From contig CM120641.1 in NCBI GenBank assembly GCA_051362555.1, positions 48,180,401 through 48,244,400 of the forward strand: DNA of 64,000 nt. Direction: 5' to 3'. The number at the start of each line of letters is the position of its first letter. Within the stretch, counting starts at the first letter, position 1. Of the stretch, positions 53,458-64,000 are shown one piece after another. The notes beneath the pieces are model-generated. The model had not been told where the DNA came from. It ran no database searches and worked only from the letters and a program-made list of their open reading frames with translations. Source of the stretch: Lingula anatina. Lineage: Eukaryota > Animalia > Brachiopoda. The position numbers and the translations under genes are program-made.

Positions 53458-56400
53458 ATGGAACCCGAAGTCGAGGACTTTTTTCTGGAAGCTGAACGGT
53501 GTAACACTTCTCATGATTTGAATGGGACACCTCATCCATTAGAACTTTTTGAGGATTTTGATGAAAGTATTCCAGACTTCTCGGACGTAAATTTAGAGGC
53601 TTTAAGTAAGGGAGACTTGAGTCCTTTAATAAAACAAGAACTTCGATACTCCGTAATACATAGATGTTTGAAAAATGGAAAACGTGACCTCAAACCTGAC
53701 TATAAAGCACCATGCCCGGAGGTGGTAGGTATTGAAAATAGAGAACAGATGTTCATCCTGTGATACGGATTTAATTAAGAGATTTAAACTAGTAAAATTT
53801 TTTTACTTTTATCATGGTTTCTTCTTAATGAGCGATAAACCAACACATTTGATTAAGACCATTCCCGAATTTCTGAAGGTTAATCTTAATTATGAAATGT
53901 TTGACAAATGATTCAATATCATTACTTTAGTCAAAGTAAAAACTATTAATTTATGTTTCAACAATACACATGGTTTTGGTTCAACTTTTAAATATAATTG
54001 CGGAAATTTGCGAAAATTTTTAATTAAAACTAATCCAAAGTTTATATAATTTTGCACTCTATTTTACAGAAAAGATACATTTTATATGAAAAATAAGGCA
54101 ATGGTTCAATTTTTGAGAAGCGCTGCTTGTGAAATTATATTCTGTGATCATAGCTACATCGGTTAAAGTTTGTTGAGTATTATCTAATCTGTATAAATAA
54201 TAATTGGGTGCAAACGAATATCAGAATGATAAATGAGTGTAAAATGAAACTGATACGTTAATAGTGATAATTTATTTCTAAATATTTGTTTGCTTGAAAT
54301 GCAATGAATTAGCTTCTTCATCAGGTGCTCCAAAAAGAATTTGGGCGTATGTAATATGAAGCCTTAAAAACGAAAGTTAAAACCAAAAAAAAAAAAAATT
54401 AAAAATTTGATTACGCATATTTATTTTATTTTCGCTTCATATTTCTGCAACCACTCAATAACAGATTACGGAAGAAACTAGTTTTTTCTCATTTTAATTG
54501 TTACTAACCTTATTATTTTTCATACTGGCCTGTTGACAGCCTATTTGGGTTTTTTCTGACGGCTGTCGAAATTATGCAGAAAAATCAGATGTTTTTGAGC
54601 CCCTAGACAAATCTTGAATCCAAGGATAAAGATAAACTAACACCTATATATATTTGCGATAGAATCTTCGCCATCATTTTTTATTGTATAATCTTTGGAA
54701 ATATTTGCGATAGGATCTTCCTCACCATTTTTATTGAATAATCTATGAAAATATGTCAAACTTTACATTAAAATTCCATGTTCGACATGTTTTTAAAGTC
54801 GATTTTAGATCTAAAGATTTTGGAATTTCCGTTAAGCATGTTGGCTTTAGTTACATATTGTGTTTATATCACCTCACAGGGTGTCTTGACAATTTCAACC
54901 CTTGAACCTCTTATAAAACAGTTGGATAAAATATATAAATAGACCGTCGCGGAACAACAAAATTTCCGACGGGGAACCCCCTCCGTCAATGAACTTTTAC
55001 CCCGCTGGAGCTAATGGGTTTTGGGGACATCAGAAGCTTGTCCAGGGTAAAGTCAGGCAGATATCTGAAGGTCACTAAATTTGTATCATAGGGGAAAAAG
55101 CCCAATCATCTCTCTTCTCCTCGTCCCAAAATGCCTTAGCACTACCTAATATAGGTTGGTGGGTGGTTGGCACGGAAGTAGAGGGAAGGCCCCGAAACAT
55201 GAGAGAAAGGTTCTAGGTTGTTTTCTGTTTAGTTTTTTCTTTTTTTTCTTTTTTGTTCAAAATGTACATGGGCTACCTACCACAGGTGGATTCAGGGTGT
55301 GGTCCATTGGAAAACTAATGTATGCACTGAATTTTTAATATTTTTATTTTTTCATCTCACCGGTTACAAAACACGAAGCAGTATACAGACCAATAAAACA
55401 AGAAAATAAGGCACGTCCCGGAAATGTCCATAAAATAAGACTTTTAAGTCTGAAACCATCGCAAAATTGACCACAGAATGGCTTTTTTCGGCAATATTTT
55501 CCCAACAGAATGTTTGAAGAAAGATTGTGATATTTAAGCGTTATGCCCATATCACTCTACCTAGTCGTGCCATCACCGTTGACCTGGAATGCACCTTGTA
55601 CAACTTGAATAACTGGTTGGACGCCAGGTACCATTACAAATAGCCTATTTCGGATGAACAAAATTTCCGATGGGGAATCCCCTTAGTCAATGATCCATTT
55701 GTCTCAATAGTCGAACTTTACCCTGCTCAAACAGATGTGAATTTTCAGAATTCCATCAAATCAGGCGGCATAGGTTATCGGTTCACCAGGGCACCAAACC
55801 CGCTTACTTATGTCCCTATTTCACACAGACCACGAATCCGACGAATCGCCAGGAATTGACAAATTTCAGGATTCGTGAGAATTCGTGATACGCTCTACGA
55901 TTCAGTTACGATACAGGTGCGATAACGTTACGAATATTCGTGGGATTCGGCTGGAATCGCACGAATATTGTCAAGAATTCACTACGATTTACAAGAATCC
56001 ATTACGAATACTGCAGGAACGTTATGAATCAATAAGGAATCAGTTAAGCATATGCCGAATGCATGCACGAATTGGGTACGAATAAAAGTGATTTTGAGTT
56101 AAGAATACATACGAATGCCTACCAATCGATTGCGATTCAGTTACGATGCCTAAGAATGAAATACGAATTTGCTACGAATTAACTACGATTTTTTGGAATC
56201 GGGAGTTCGTGGCCAAAATTTTGAACAGCTCAAATTTTTTGCCACGAATTCCCGATTGATCAAGAATTGCAAGAACTGACTACGAATATATACGAATCTG
56301 TTAAGAACTTCACGAACTGATTACGATTAAACCAGTAATCTTGAAATTTGTCAATTCCTAGCGATTCGTGGGATTCGTGGTCTGTGTGAAATAGGGGTAT

Positions 56401-58741
56401 TAAAGGTACCTTGAGGTGCTGGGGAACACAGGGACCAGAGTCAGCCACCCCCCTTCAAAACACTTGCCGGTTAACTGCACCTTAAAAAGACGCAGCCACC
56501 ATGGTTATATGATCAAGAACATCTCAGTATTCAGTCTCTAGTCCCTCTCGAATATAATATGGGCGCCATTATTGGCGGATACAGGACATCGGCGGTGCAG
56601 CCATAGACACATTCATACAGCTTTCAGGCCACAGATATGTATCTGTATAGTTCTGCTGAAGGAACAGAACTTGGCGCTGTTGCAGCTAAGAGACAATTTC
56701 TCTGATTTATAGCACATCAGCTTGACTTTGAAGGCCTCTAAGATGTCTGTATACACGATGTCATTTTCCTGATGATTTAGTCTGCTATATTGTTCCACCT
56801 ATGGATTTTTTTTAATCAGCGTTCAATTGCACCATTTTTTGCCTTCGGTACTTTAAATGACATAGTACTTTTTGTTACATAGGGGTTTGTTGTCTCGCGG
56901 TTCTAAAATGCTTTATCTTGTATCCGTATATTTGTCGATCTTGATTGTAGGAAATTCCCTAGTTTTCTGTAAGCTGGTAAGTGGCTGTAAATTATTTTCC
57001 ACAGGATTTCGAGCCTCTGCAATTTGACCCTAGTTAAAGTTTGACTGGGCCATTGTCATGCAGCATTTAGGTACCTGACCCGGGGTGTTTAGATTAGTAA
57101 TCACCTGTAAGAAAGCGAACTGCTTGTATTTTGTATGTCTTCTAGTTTTTAGTAACATAATCAATATTAAACGGAACGTTTTGATCCCACACAGCACTGC
57201 AGTCGAGTATACATGTACATGTAGGCCTACAAGTAGATCTGCCTGGTGAAATGTACATGCATCTTTTGCACGGTTGCTCACAGTTCTAGGAGATGCTGTC
57301 GCAAACATCTTCGTGAAATGCAGGGGCGGATCCAGAGCTATTTTCTGACAGTCTTCCAAATTATCTTTGTTGATCCATCATGCATTTTTGACCATCTTCT
57401 GTCAGAAAAAAATTAGATGCTCGTCAACGTAAACTTGAAAATCTGACCCAGAAGACGGTCTCAATCCGCCCCTGATTTTGATGTATGCATCATTTTACAC
57501 GATTGCTCACAGCTCTAGATGCCGTTGAATGAATCTTCAACACGAATTTTAATGTTATTTATGTGTCCAATCCATTTAAAATCGATTGAAATTTAGATCC
57601 CAAAGTATGAGTTGTGTGGCACTTGCTCAAATACTGATAGCGTTATTAGATAACAGAAAAACCTGGTGTTAGGCTGGTGTTAGGTCTTCTGGTTTACATT
57701 GGCGGGTATCTAATTTTTTTCTGTTGGAAGACGGTCAAAAAGGAGGATGGATTAATAAAGATAATTTGGAAGACTGGATCCGCCCCTGATGTTGTAAGAG
57801 ACTACGCGAACGAAATATGTTTCGTATTTTGGCATTGAATTGCATACTCCAGTGGCAGGCCCATTCTCTTGGAGGATTTAAGTCATCTTGGAATTTTCTT
57901 GTAAGATATAACGAGAAGATTCAGATAAGAAAGTTAATGCATTTTGGGAGATGGTTATTATTTCACAGATAAAGAACAACAGACCCAACTCGTCTTCCTG
58001 TGGAACTCTAGATTTCATCTTCTTAAAACATTCTGCCAAGTGAAGTTATTTCTGCCTATCTTTGCATGTTCATGATGTTGCTATGCCACAATGATAGAAT
58101 ATTGATAAACTTTTCTTTTGTATTTAGTTGTCACCCGAAGAAGAAAAACAGCGCATCAGCAAGCGGCAGAGAAACAGACTGGCGGCTGTTAAATGTCGGC
58201 AAAGAAAGCGAGAGAAAATGCGGCGCCTTATCAAGGTGGGTTAGGATTAACATGGTGTAAATATGTTGCCATGCTCCGCTTACGTAAACGACCTCTAACG
58301 ACACTTCTCCATTAACTAAGAGTTACAAGAGGACATCAAGGACGCTTTATGCTAGATGGGAAGGGTGTGCTTTGGTCGATATTTCACTGAAGTATTCTGC
58401 TGTTATCCAGATAATTGATAGGAGAATATCATATCTAGAATACTGTCGTTTCAATATTTAAAATCTTTTTTGTATTCATTTTTACTACAGAGTTTTTCTC
58501 AATTTTTGCGTTGTTTTCATTTCAGCTTACTGAAGATCTACAAAGCAAAAACACTGTACTACAGTACACTAACTTAAAGCTAAAGGAAGAAAGGAAACGA
58601 CTTGAAGAAACTTTAAAAGCGCACCTCAAAGTTTGCAAAAGACATTTAAATCGACCGGCAGACAATTCAAGAGGAGTCATTATCATCATAACAGACAAAA
58701 CGAACACTCCCTGCCCCAAAAAAGATAAAAAGGTTACATAA
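53458..58741 (+). CDS. ATF3/JDP2-like bZIP transcription factor, paralog B
   Basis: Exons 53458-53724 (donor could be 53721), 58128-58235, 58526-58741. PDFSDVNLEALSKGDLSPLIKQELRYSV; LSPEEEKQRISKRQRNRLAAVKCRQRKR; zipper LTEDLQSKNTVLQYTNLKLKEERKRLEETLKAHLKVC. Confidence 0.87.
55811..56399. mobile_element. MITE family C (about 590 bp, Harbinger-like) with about 60-bp TIRs
   Basis: TIR ccctatttcacacagaccacgaatcc-acgaatcgc-aggaattgacaaatttca-gatt at both ends; TTA at 55808-55810 and 56400-56402; interior rich in (t)acgaat/acgatt motifs. Confidence 0.88.
57321..57474 (+). mobile_element. MITE family B copy (hAT-like TIR)
   Basis: caggggcgga..tccgcccctg termini; homologous to 17485-17650 and 57685-57788. 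No clear TSD. Confidence 0.75.
57685..57788 (-). mobile_element. MITE family B partial copy in inverted orientation
   Basis: gtttaca..ggtatctaattttttt..gatggatt..aaagataatttggaagactggatccgcccctg is reverse-complementary to part of 57321-57474. Confidence 0.7.
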
Positions 58742-60059
58742 TCTAGAAGGTGGTTTCAGTGGGGTGGGGTTGGCATAGGGGGCTTAATGTCATTTTGTAT
58801 TTAAATGGACATTTGGAGACATTGTCTGAATATGGTACAAGATTTAGAGCTTTGAGAAAAACTTCTCACTGTGAGCGTGCGTGCATGGGTGCATGTGTGC
58901 ATATATTCATTTGATTAGGTTAAAAAACATTGAAACACCAATATTCACTTATGCAGTTTATATTCAGGAAATTATATTTAAAATAATTCACACTGATTTT
59001 TACATAATTCTCATCGTGAAAAAATTAATCATTTTCACACATTTTCACACATTTTTTTTCATGAAAATTTGACTGATATGCTTTATATAAATAACGTATC
59101 ACAGATAAAAACACAGTAAATATCACCTATCCTCAAAATAATATTTTGCATTATCTATTTATGATATCTGATAAAAAAAAACAAACTACTGATCTTGATA
59201 AAAATCTTCATTTATGTTTTAAACCAACAAAAATACAAATCTTGTAAAATATATTAACATATACTAGTACTTCACCACTGGGAGTAATGGGCATAGGTAA
59301 GTAGTAAGTGATCATAAAATGCATAGAGGGTGTTTAAAATAATAAAACATAAAAAAACATACTATAAAAAAGATATGAATAAACAATCTTTAACAGAATG
59401 TGTTTGACTCAGTGTTATCTAAAACACCTTTTCTTAGGACGGATGTGTTTATCAGCAGATTGTGTGCACTTTGAAATGTGGGCGGAGGAAACTGCAAGTT
59501 ACACTTGCACATGTGTGAATAATAACTAGTGATTCTCTAAAGAATATTAGACATATTTCACTTCTATCACATTGCTGTACACGTGCAATATCACACTTAT
59601 AATAACCTTATATACATTTTAAACAGTGATCCTATTTTTACTCCATGTATTTCTGCTTGGAATGTGATATACAAACCACCCACCCACCATCTCCTGAATC
59701 AATATTTCAAAATATTTATACCTATTAAAAGTCAGGGTGACATAGCAACATCTTGTGACCATCAACATGTCTGTATAGTCATAGAGCTATGAGTAAAGCA
59801 CTAATAAATAGAATAAATACAGAAATCAGAAAAATAGCTGCATATAATTATATAAGGCAACCAAGTGAAAGCACAGGGTTTGTGATATAATTGTTACCAA
59901 GTGCTATTTGTTCATTTTAACTGTTCTATACATGTAAAAGCAGCCACTGTTGTTCCTATTAATTAAAACTTTTTGCCAAGCCTCATGAAGGCACTCCACA
60001 GCTGTCAATGTCATGGTACTGATTGGGTTGGACATTTCATCATTTTGATGGCACTTATA

Positions 60060-63000
60060 TTAATCATCTAGTTGACAGAGAAGAGCCACCCCCCTGGTTA
60101 CCCAGAATTCTGGGGAGTGGTCTGTGGGGAGATGGACGGTGGTCACAAAGTTTGTGGAGTGACCAGTTGAGGACAGCGTTCCCGCCCTGGCTGAGGTACG
60201 ATACAGCGGACATTCGTAGGATTTCTTCTCAGGATCTTCCTCTTTCGTTTTGAAGGCATTGTCGACTGGTGAGTCAGTCTGTTGAACAGGAACTGTAGTG
60301 GAGATCTGAAAGTAAACAGGACCACAATGCCTCAGTTATTACTACGATACACTTTAATGTGACGAGATATTCAGCACATTGGCACAGTTCCAAAGCTTAA
60401 CACAGCAATCTAAATTTGGAAAAACGATCCGATTGACGTTTTTTTTTAGTGCCCTGAGAGTGCAAAATGCAGCTAAAAAATAGAGAAGAAAATGTTTACA
60501 AAAGCAAATAAATACAAACTAAGGACATAAAGAAAATTCATACAGCTATATTTAAAAGATGAGTCACACGAGTTACCTGAGCAGGTAGAAAATGTATCTC
60601 TGGTAGTCTACAGAACCTCTGTCCTGGCAGAGAGTCCATCACAGAGTGGTTGCTAGGGTCCCACCTGGCACCATCCAGGTACAACCCAAACACAAGAACC
60701 CCTTCCTTTGGTGGAGGAGGACCCTGGAATGTAAAATATTGTACACTGTGATGAAGAATAAAACGTAATTTTTAATTCTAAAATGAATATAATATAATAT
60801 AATATAATATAATATAATATAATATAATATAATATAATATTATATAATATAATATAGTATAGTATAGTCTTTTTGGTTATTTTATATACTTTTTGAAATG
60901 CCTTCAATATTCTGAATCATTCTACTACTTCTCCCACACTCCATACCTGATCTTGAACCCCCCAATATCTCACCTTGAACCCCGACCCCCCTGTCTTACT
61001 TTGAACCCCCCACCCTCATATCTCACCATGAACCCCCACCCCCATATCTCACTTTAAACCCCCACCCCATATCTCACCTTAAACCCCCAGTCCCTGACAG
61101 GAATCTTCTGCTTCACATCATTCAGGCTCTCCTCGTTATCATGTGGGTTGGTGTTGATCACCTCAAACTGGAACATCAAGGAATCCACAGACACTCCCTG
61201 CTTCCTGGCGTGATTCTGGAAGACTCCAGTTAGGAAACCTGGAAACAGAACAGAGATTGTTAAAATAATATCCTTCTCTTAAAACTAGAGGATCAGAGAG
61301 ATGATAATTACCCAGTGTGTAATTTTAATTCTAACTGTCGGTTGAGACAAAAAAAAAACATATTTCAAGGGTCCCAAGTTAAGCTTAATAACCTTGTACT
61401 TAATACTCTGAAATAGTTTTGATTTTAAATTCTGACAAAATGCACATGTATTGATATATAATCAAATACTTGTCATCTACTTCTCCCTGAAACCTTGTAA
61501 TACCTTGAGGGAAGAAGAAACCAGGCAACCAGAAGCTCCTGGGAGTCTCTCTGGCCTCTGTCTTGATGAGGTCATGGGCATCCACCTGTGTTTGCCCCCT
61601 GGACATGGGCTGTGGGGGAGGAGGGGGTCTGACCACCCTGTTAGCAGCTTCTACTACAAGGTCTGACCAACTGGCAAAGAAGTCCACCCTCTGGATTAAA
61701 TCCTTCACCCAGGAGCCCAGAGGTTTACAACTTTCATAGGCAGCTTGCTGAAAACACACAGATTACATAAATGATATATATAATATACATATAACAAACC
61801 AATCATGTACATTATGTTAATACACATCTACTGAATTCTTACTGGTCAATTCTTGGTTAATATAGCATTTTTTGTCTCTTCCAGAGATTCAGAGCCTATA
61901 ATATATCATAACTAACCTTCCACTGAGCTGGTACTTTCTGTGTCAACATGGCGTTATAAGCCTCCTCTAGTGGCTCTGACATCACAATCTCGCCCTTAAC
62001 GGCACGGCACAGCTCGCGCAGGGACTTGTGGATGATTTCAAGGAGGTTGTTGAACCTGTCGATCTCCTGGCGCAGGACAGTGACCAGAGCAGACTGGAAG
62101 ATTGGCTGCAGGGCCTCCAGCTCTGGGTGAGAGGGGCCGTCTGCCACTGGGGTGGGGGCGTGGCTTCCTATCAGGCAAATAGTATCAGAGCATAGGTACA
62201 TGCTGAATATTTGAGACAAATATAAGTGTATTCAATATGGATGTTTAACCCAAATGACTCTGACAATTGGTGCAAATCCAACTGAAATAATTTGCACAAG
62301 CTGATACAAGCAAAAGACTGGCATAATATGGATTAATTCTTTACATTTTTTGGTCATACGTACTTGCTCGTTTTTCTCCTGGCACTGCAGCCACTTTGAA
62401 GACATCAGACAAACAATGAAACATATCTCTCTTGCTGGTTGACGTCTGCTTCTCCTCCTCTTCCTCTTCCACGTCCTCCATTGTCTCTGGCAGGCTCCTC
62501 ATGACATCTGCTGCCATCTCTAGGACAAGCTCATCACTACTCTTGTTGGACCTGTCAGATATATAAGTGTTTGTATTGAATTATGAAGAGTGAAGCAACT
62601 TTTTCAAATCGCCAAATACAACTGTTTATGTTAATTTAGTGGATATAACTTGTTTTATCAAACTCAATGACTGTTAAGGGATATGTTGATTCAGATATTT
62701 TCTATCTAGGAACTGGTACCCTATCATCCCTCCAGACAGCCTGGGCTGTAGACTTATAATGGTGTCCACCAGTTCTTTGGCCTGACTCTCCAGGTAAGCT
62801 TTCTCGGCATTCTGGTTCATCCCAAACACCTCGGGGGAGTCCACAGGGGGGAGGCCATCGATGTACTGCTTCACCTCTGAGAAGGTAAAGCTTGGAGGCA
62901 GAGGGTGGTATACCTGGAAAGGTAACATATACACAGTAAATGGGCATCTTAGTAACACAAATAATGGTTACAGTTATAATCTGACAAGAAACAGAAATTA

Positions 63001-63884
63001 ATCAAAAAAGCAATATAATATATAGAATTACCGTAGAGCTAATTCAAATGTTATTATTTTTTTTCTAATGTCATACTTGAAAACTATTGGGATGCTCTCT
63101 TTTTAGATAATTTTAAAAATCAGAATATACAGCATTATGTCAGTAACCCTTACTTTATTTCAAGTATAATAAAAATAACAACTACTTCACTGAATCCAAT
63201 CCATCAGTTATTATACACCAGGCATGGCAACAGAACACAAACCTCATCTGGTGAATATGTATATCCAGGTTCCAGGGCCTCAGCACAGTAGAATCTGCGT
63301 AGAAGACTGTGTAGACATCGTCTGTCCCAGTCATCTGTCACTCTCCCACCATAAGTGACCTCTCCGGTCAAATAACGCAGGGCGGCCCAGGGCAACCCCT
63401 CCCCCTCCATCCCCAGCAGCAGGTCCAGTTGAAGAATTGACACCTGAAATTTGTGATTGTGTATTAACAGTGCATGATAGATTTCAGATTATATAGAGAA
63501 AATATAAAGGGGGCTACCAAAAAAAAAAAAAAAAAAACTAGTAGTTACATTAATATTAGCTCCATATGTACTTACATTTCTGAATCACAAATGAAATTGA
63601 TGCCTTTAAAAGCTTTACATATTGTGCATACAGTACTCTAATTTAGCTCAACTCACCTCTAAATCAGAATCATTAAACTCATATGGAATATTCCACCCCA
63701 AGGCTCCATATTTCTTCCTTTCGTGTATCACAGCATTAAAGAAACACAGACCAAACAACAGGTTCCGCCATGACGCCTCCTTGTCCACGTCATCGTACAG
63801 TTTCTCACTAACAGCACCTGTTCCGCCAGTGCCAAATGACCGGGCTAGGTTGGCTTTCAGACCTTGTGGAGACTCCACAGTCAT
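60060..63884 (-). CDS. Axonemal dynein heavy chain (single-headed inner-arm, DNAH6/14-like), last 9 exons; gene starts right of the window
   Basis: Exons 63657-63884, 63243-63443, 62720-62913, 62364-62551, 61917-62167, 61504-61747, 61078-61238, 60577-60723, 60060-60305. Motifs [114 protein letters not shown]. Confidence 0.93.
60786..60867. repeat. (AATAT)n microsatellite
   Basis: Read directly from the sequence. Confidence 0.95.
60945..61090. repeat. Minisatellite of about 26 bp made of dynein exon end plus splice donor
   Basis: Four to five units of atatctcaccttgaacccccacccc; the last unit is the real donor (AAG|gtgaga at 61078). Confidence 0.85.
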
Positions 63885-64000
63885 CTGAAAACAAGGCAAC
63901 AGTAATAATTGGCATAAAACATGCAGTGCTTGGAAGTGCTTTAACTGTCTGGTAAGACACCAGATGATTTGTGCTTACTTGGGTAGTATATGAATTATCA

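Larger units (their letters stand above)
51643..56959. promoter_or_regulatory. Cluster of NF-kB/Rel-type sites
   Basis: GGGGAATCCCC at 51643, 52652 and 55672; GGGGATTTCCCC 51674; GGAAATTCC 52640; GGGAATTCCC 53259; GGGGAACCCC 54971; GGAAATTCCC 56950. Confidence 0.65.

Overview
AT-rich, intron-rich animal genomic DNA, probably a lophotrochozoan such as a mollusc (inferred from gene set and repeat types). Exon structures were reconstructed by hand from splice signals and reading frames. Left to right: (1) 5' part of a bark beetle/Anakonda-like SRCR/CUB gene (-), with a nested tRNA-Val(AAC) and Helentron/HINE-like repeats in its introns; (2) MGAT3-like GT17 glycosyltransferase (-); (3) BROX (-, 11 coding exons, CAAX end CVVS); (4) SETD3 (-, 15 coding exons), head-to-head with (5) cyclin K (+), which has a U12-type intron; (6) a tandem ATF3/JDP2-like bZIP cluster (+) with three paralogous N-terminal exons but only two bZIP modules, surrounded by many NF-kB-type sites; (7) 3' part of an axonemal dynein heavy chain (-). 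Several MITE families and microsatellites are interspersed. The most interesting points are the kB-rich ATF3-like cluster with a probable alternative first exon, the SETD3-CCNK divergent pair also found in human, and repeated local duplications of splice junctions in four genes. No database searches were run.
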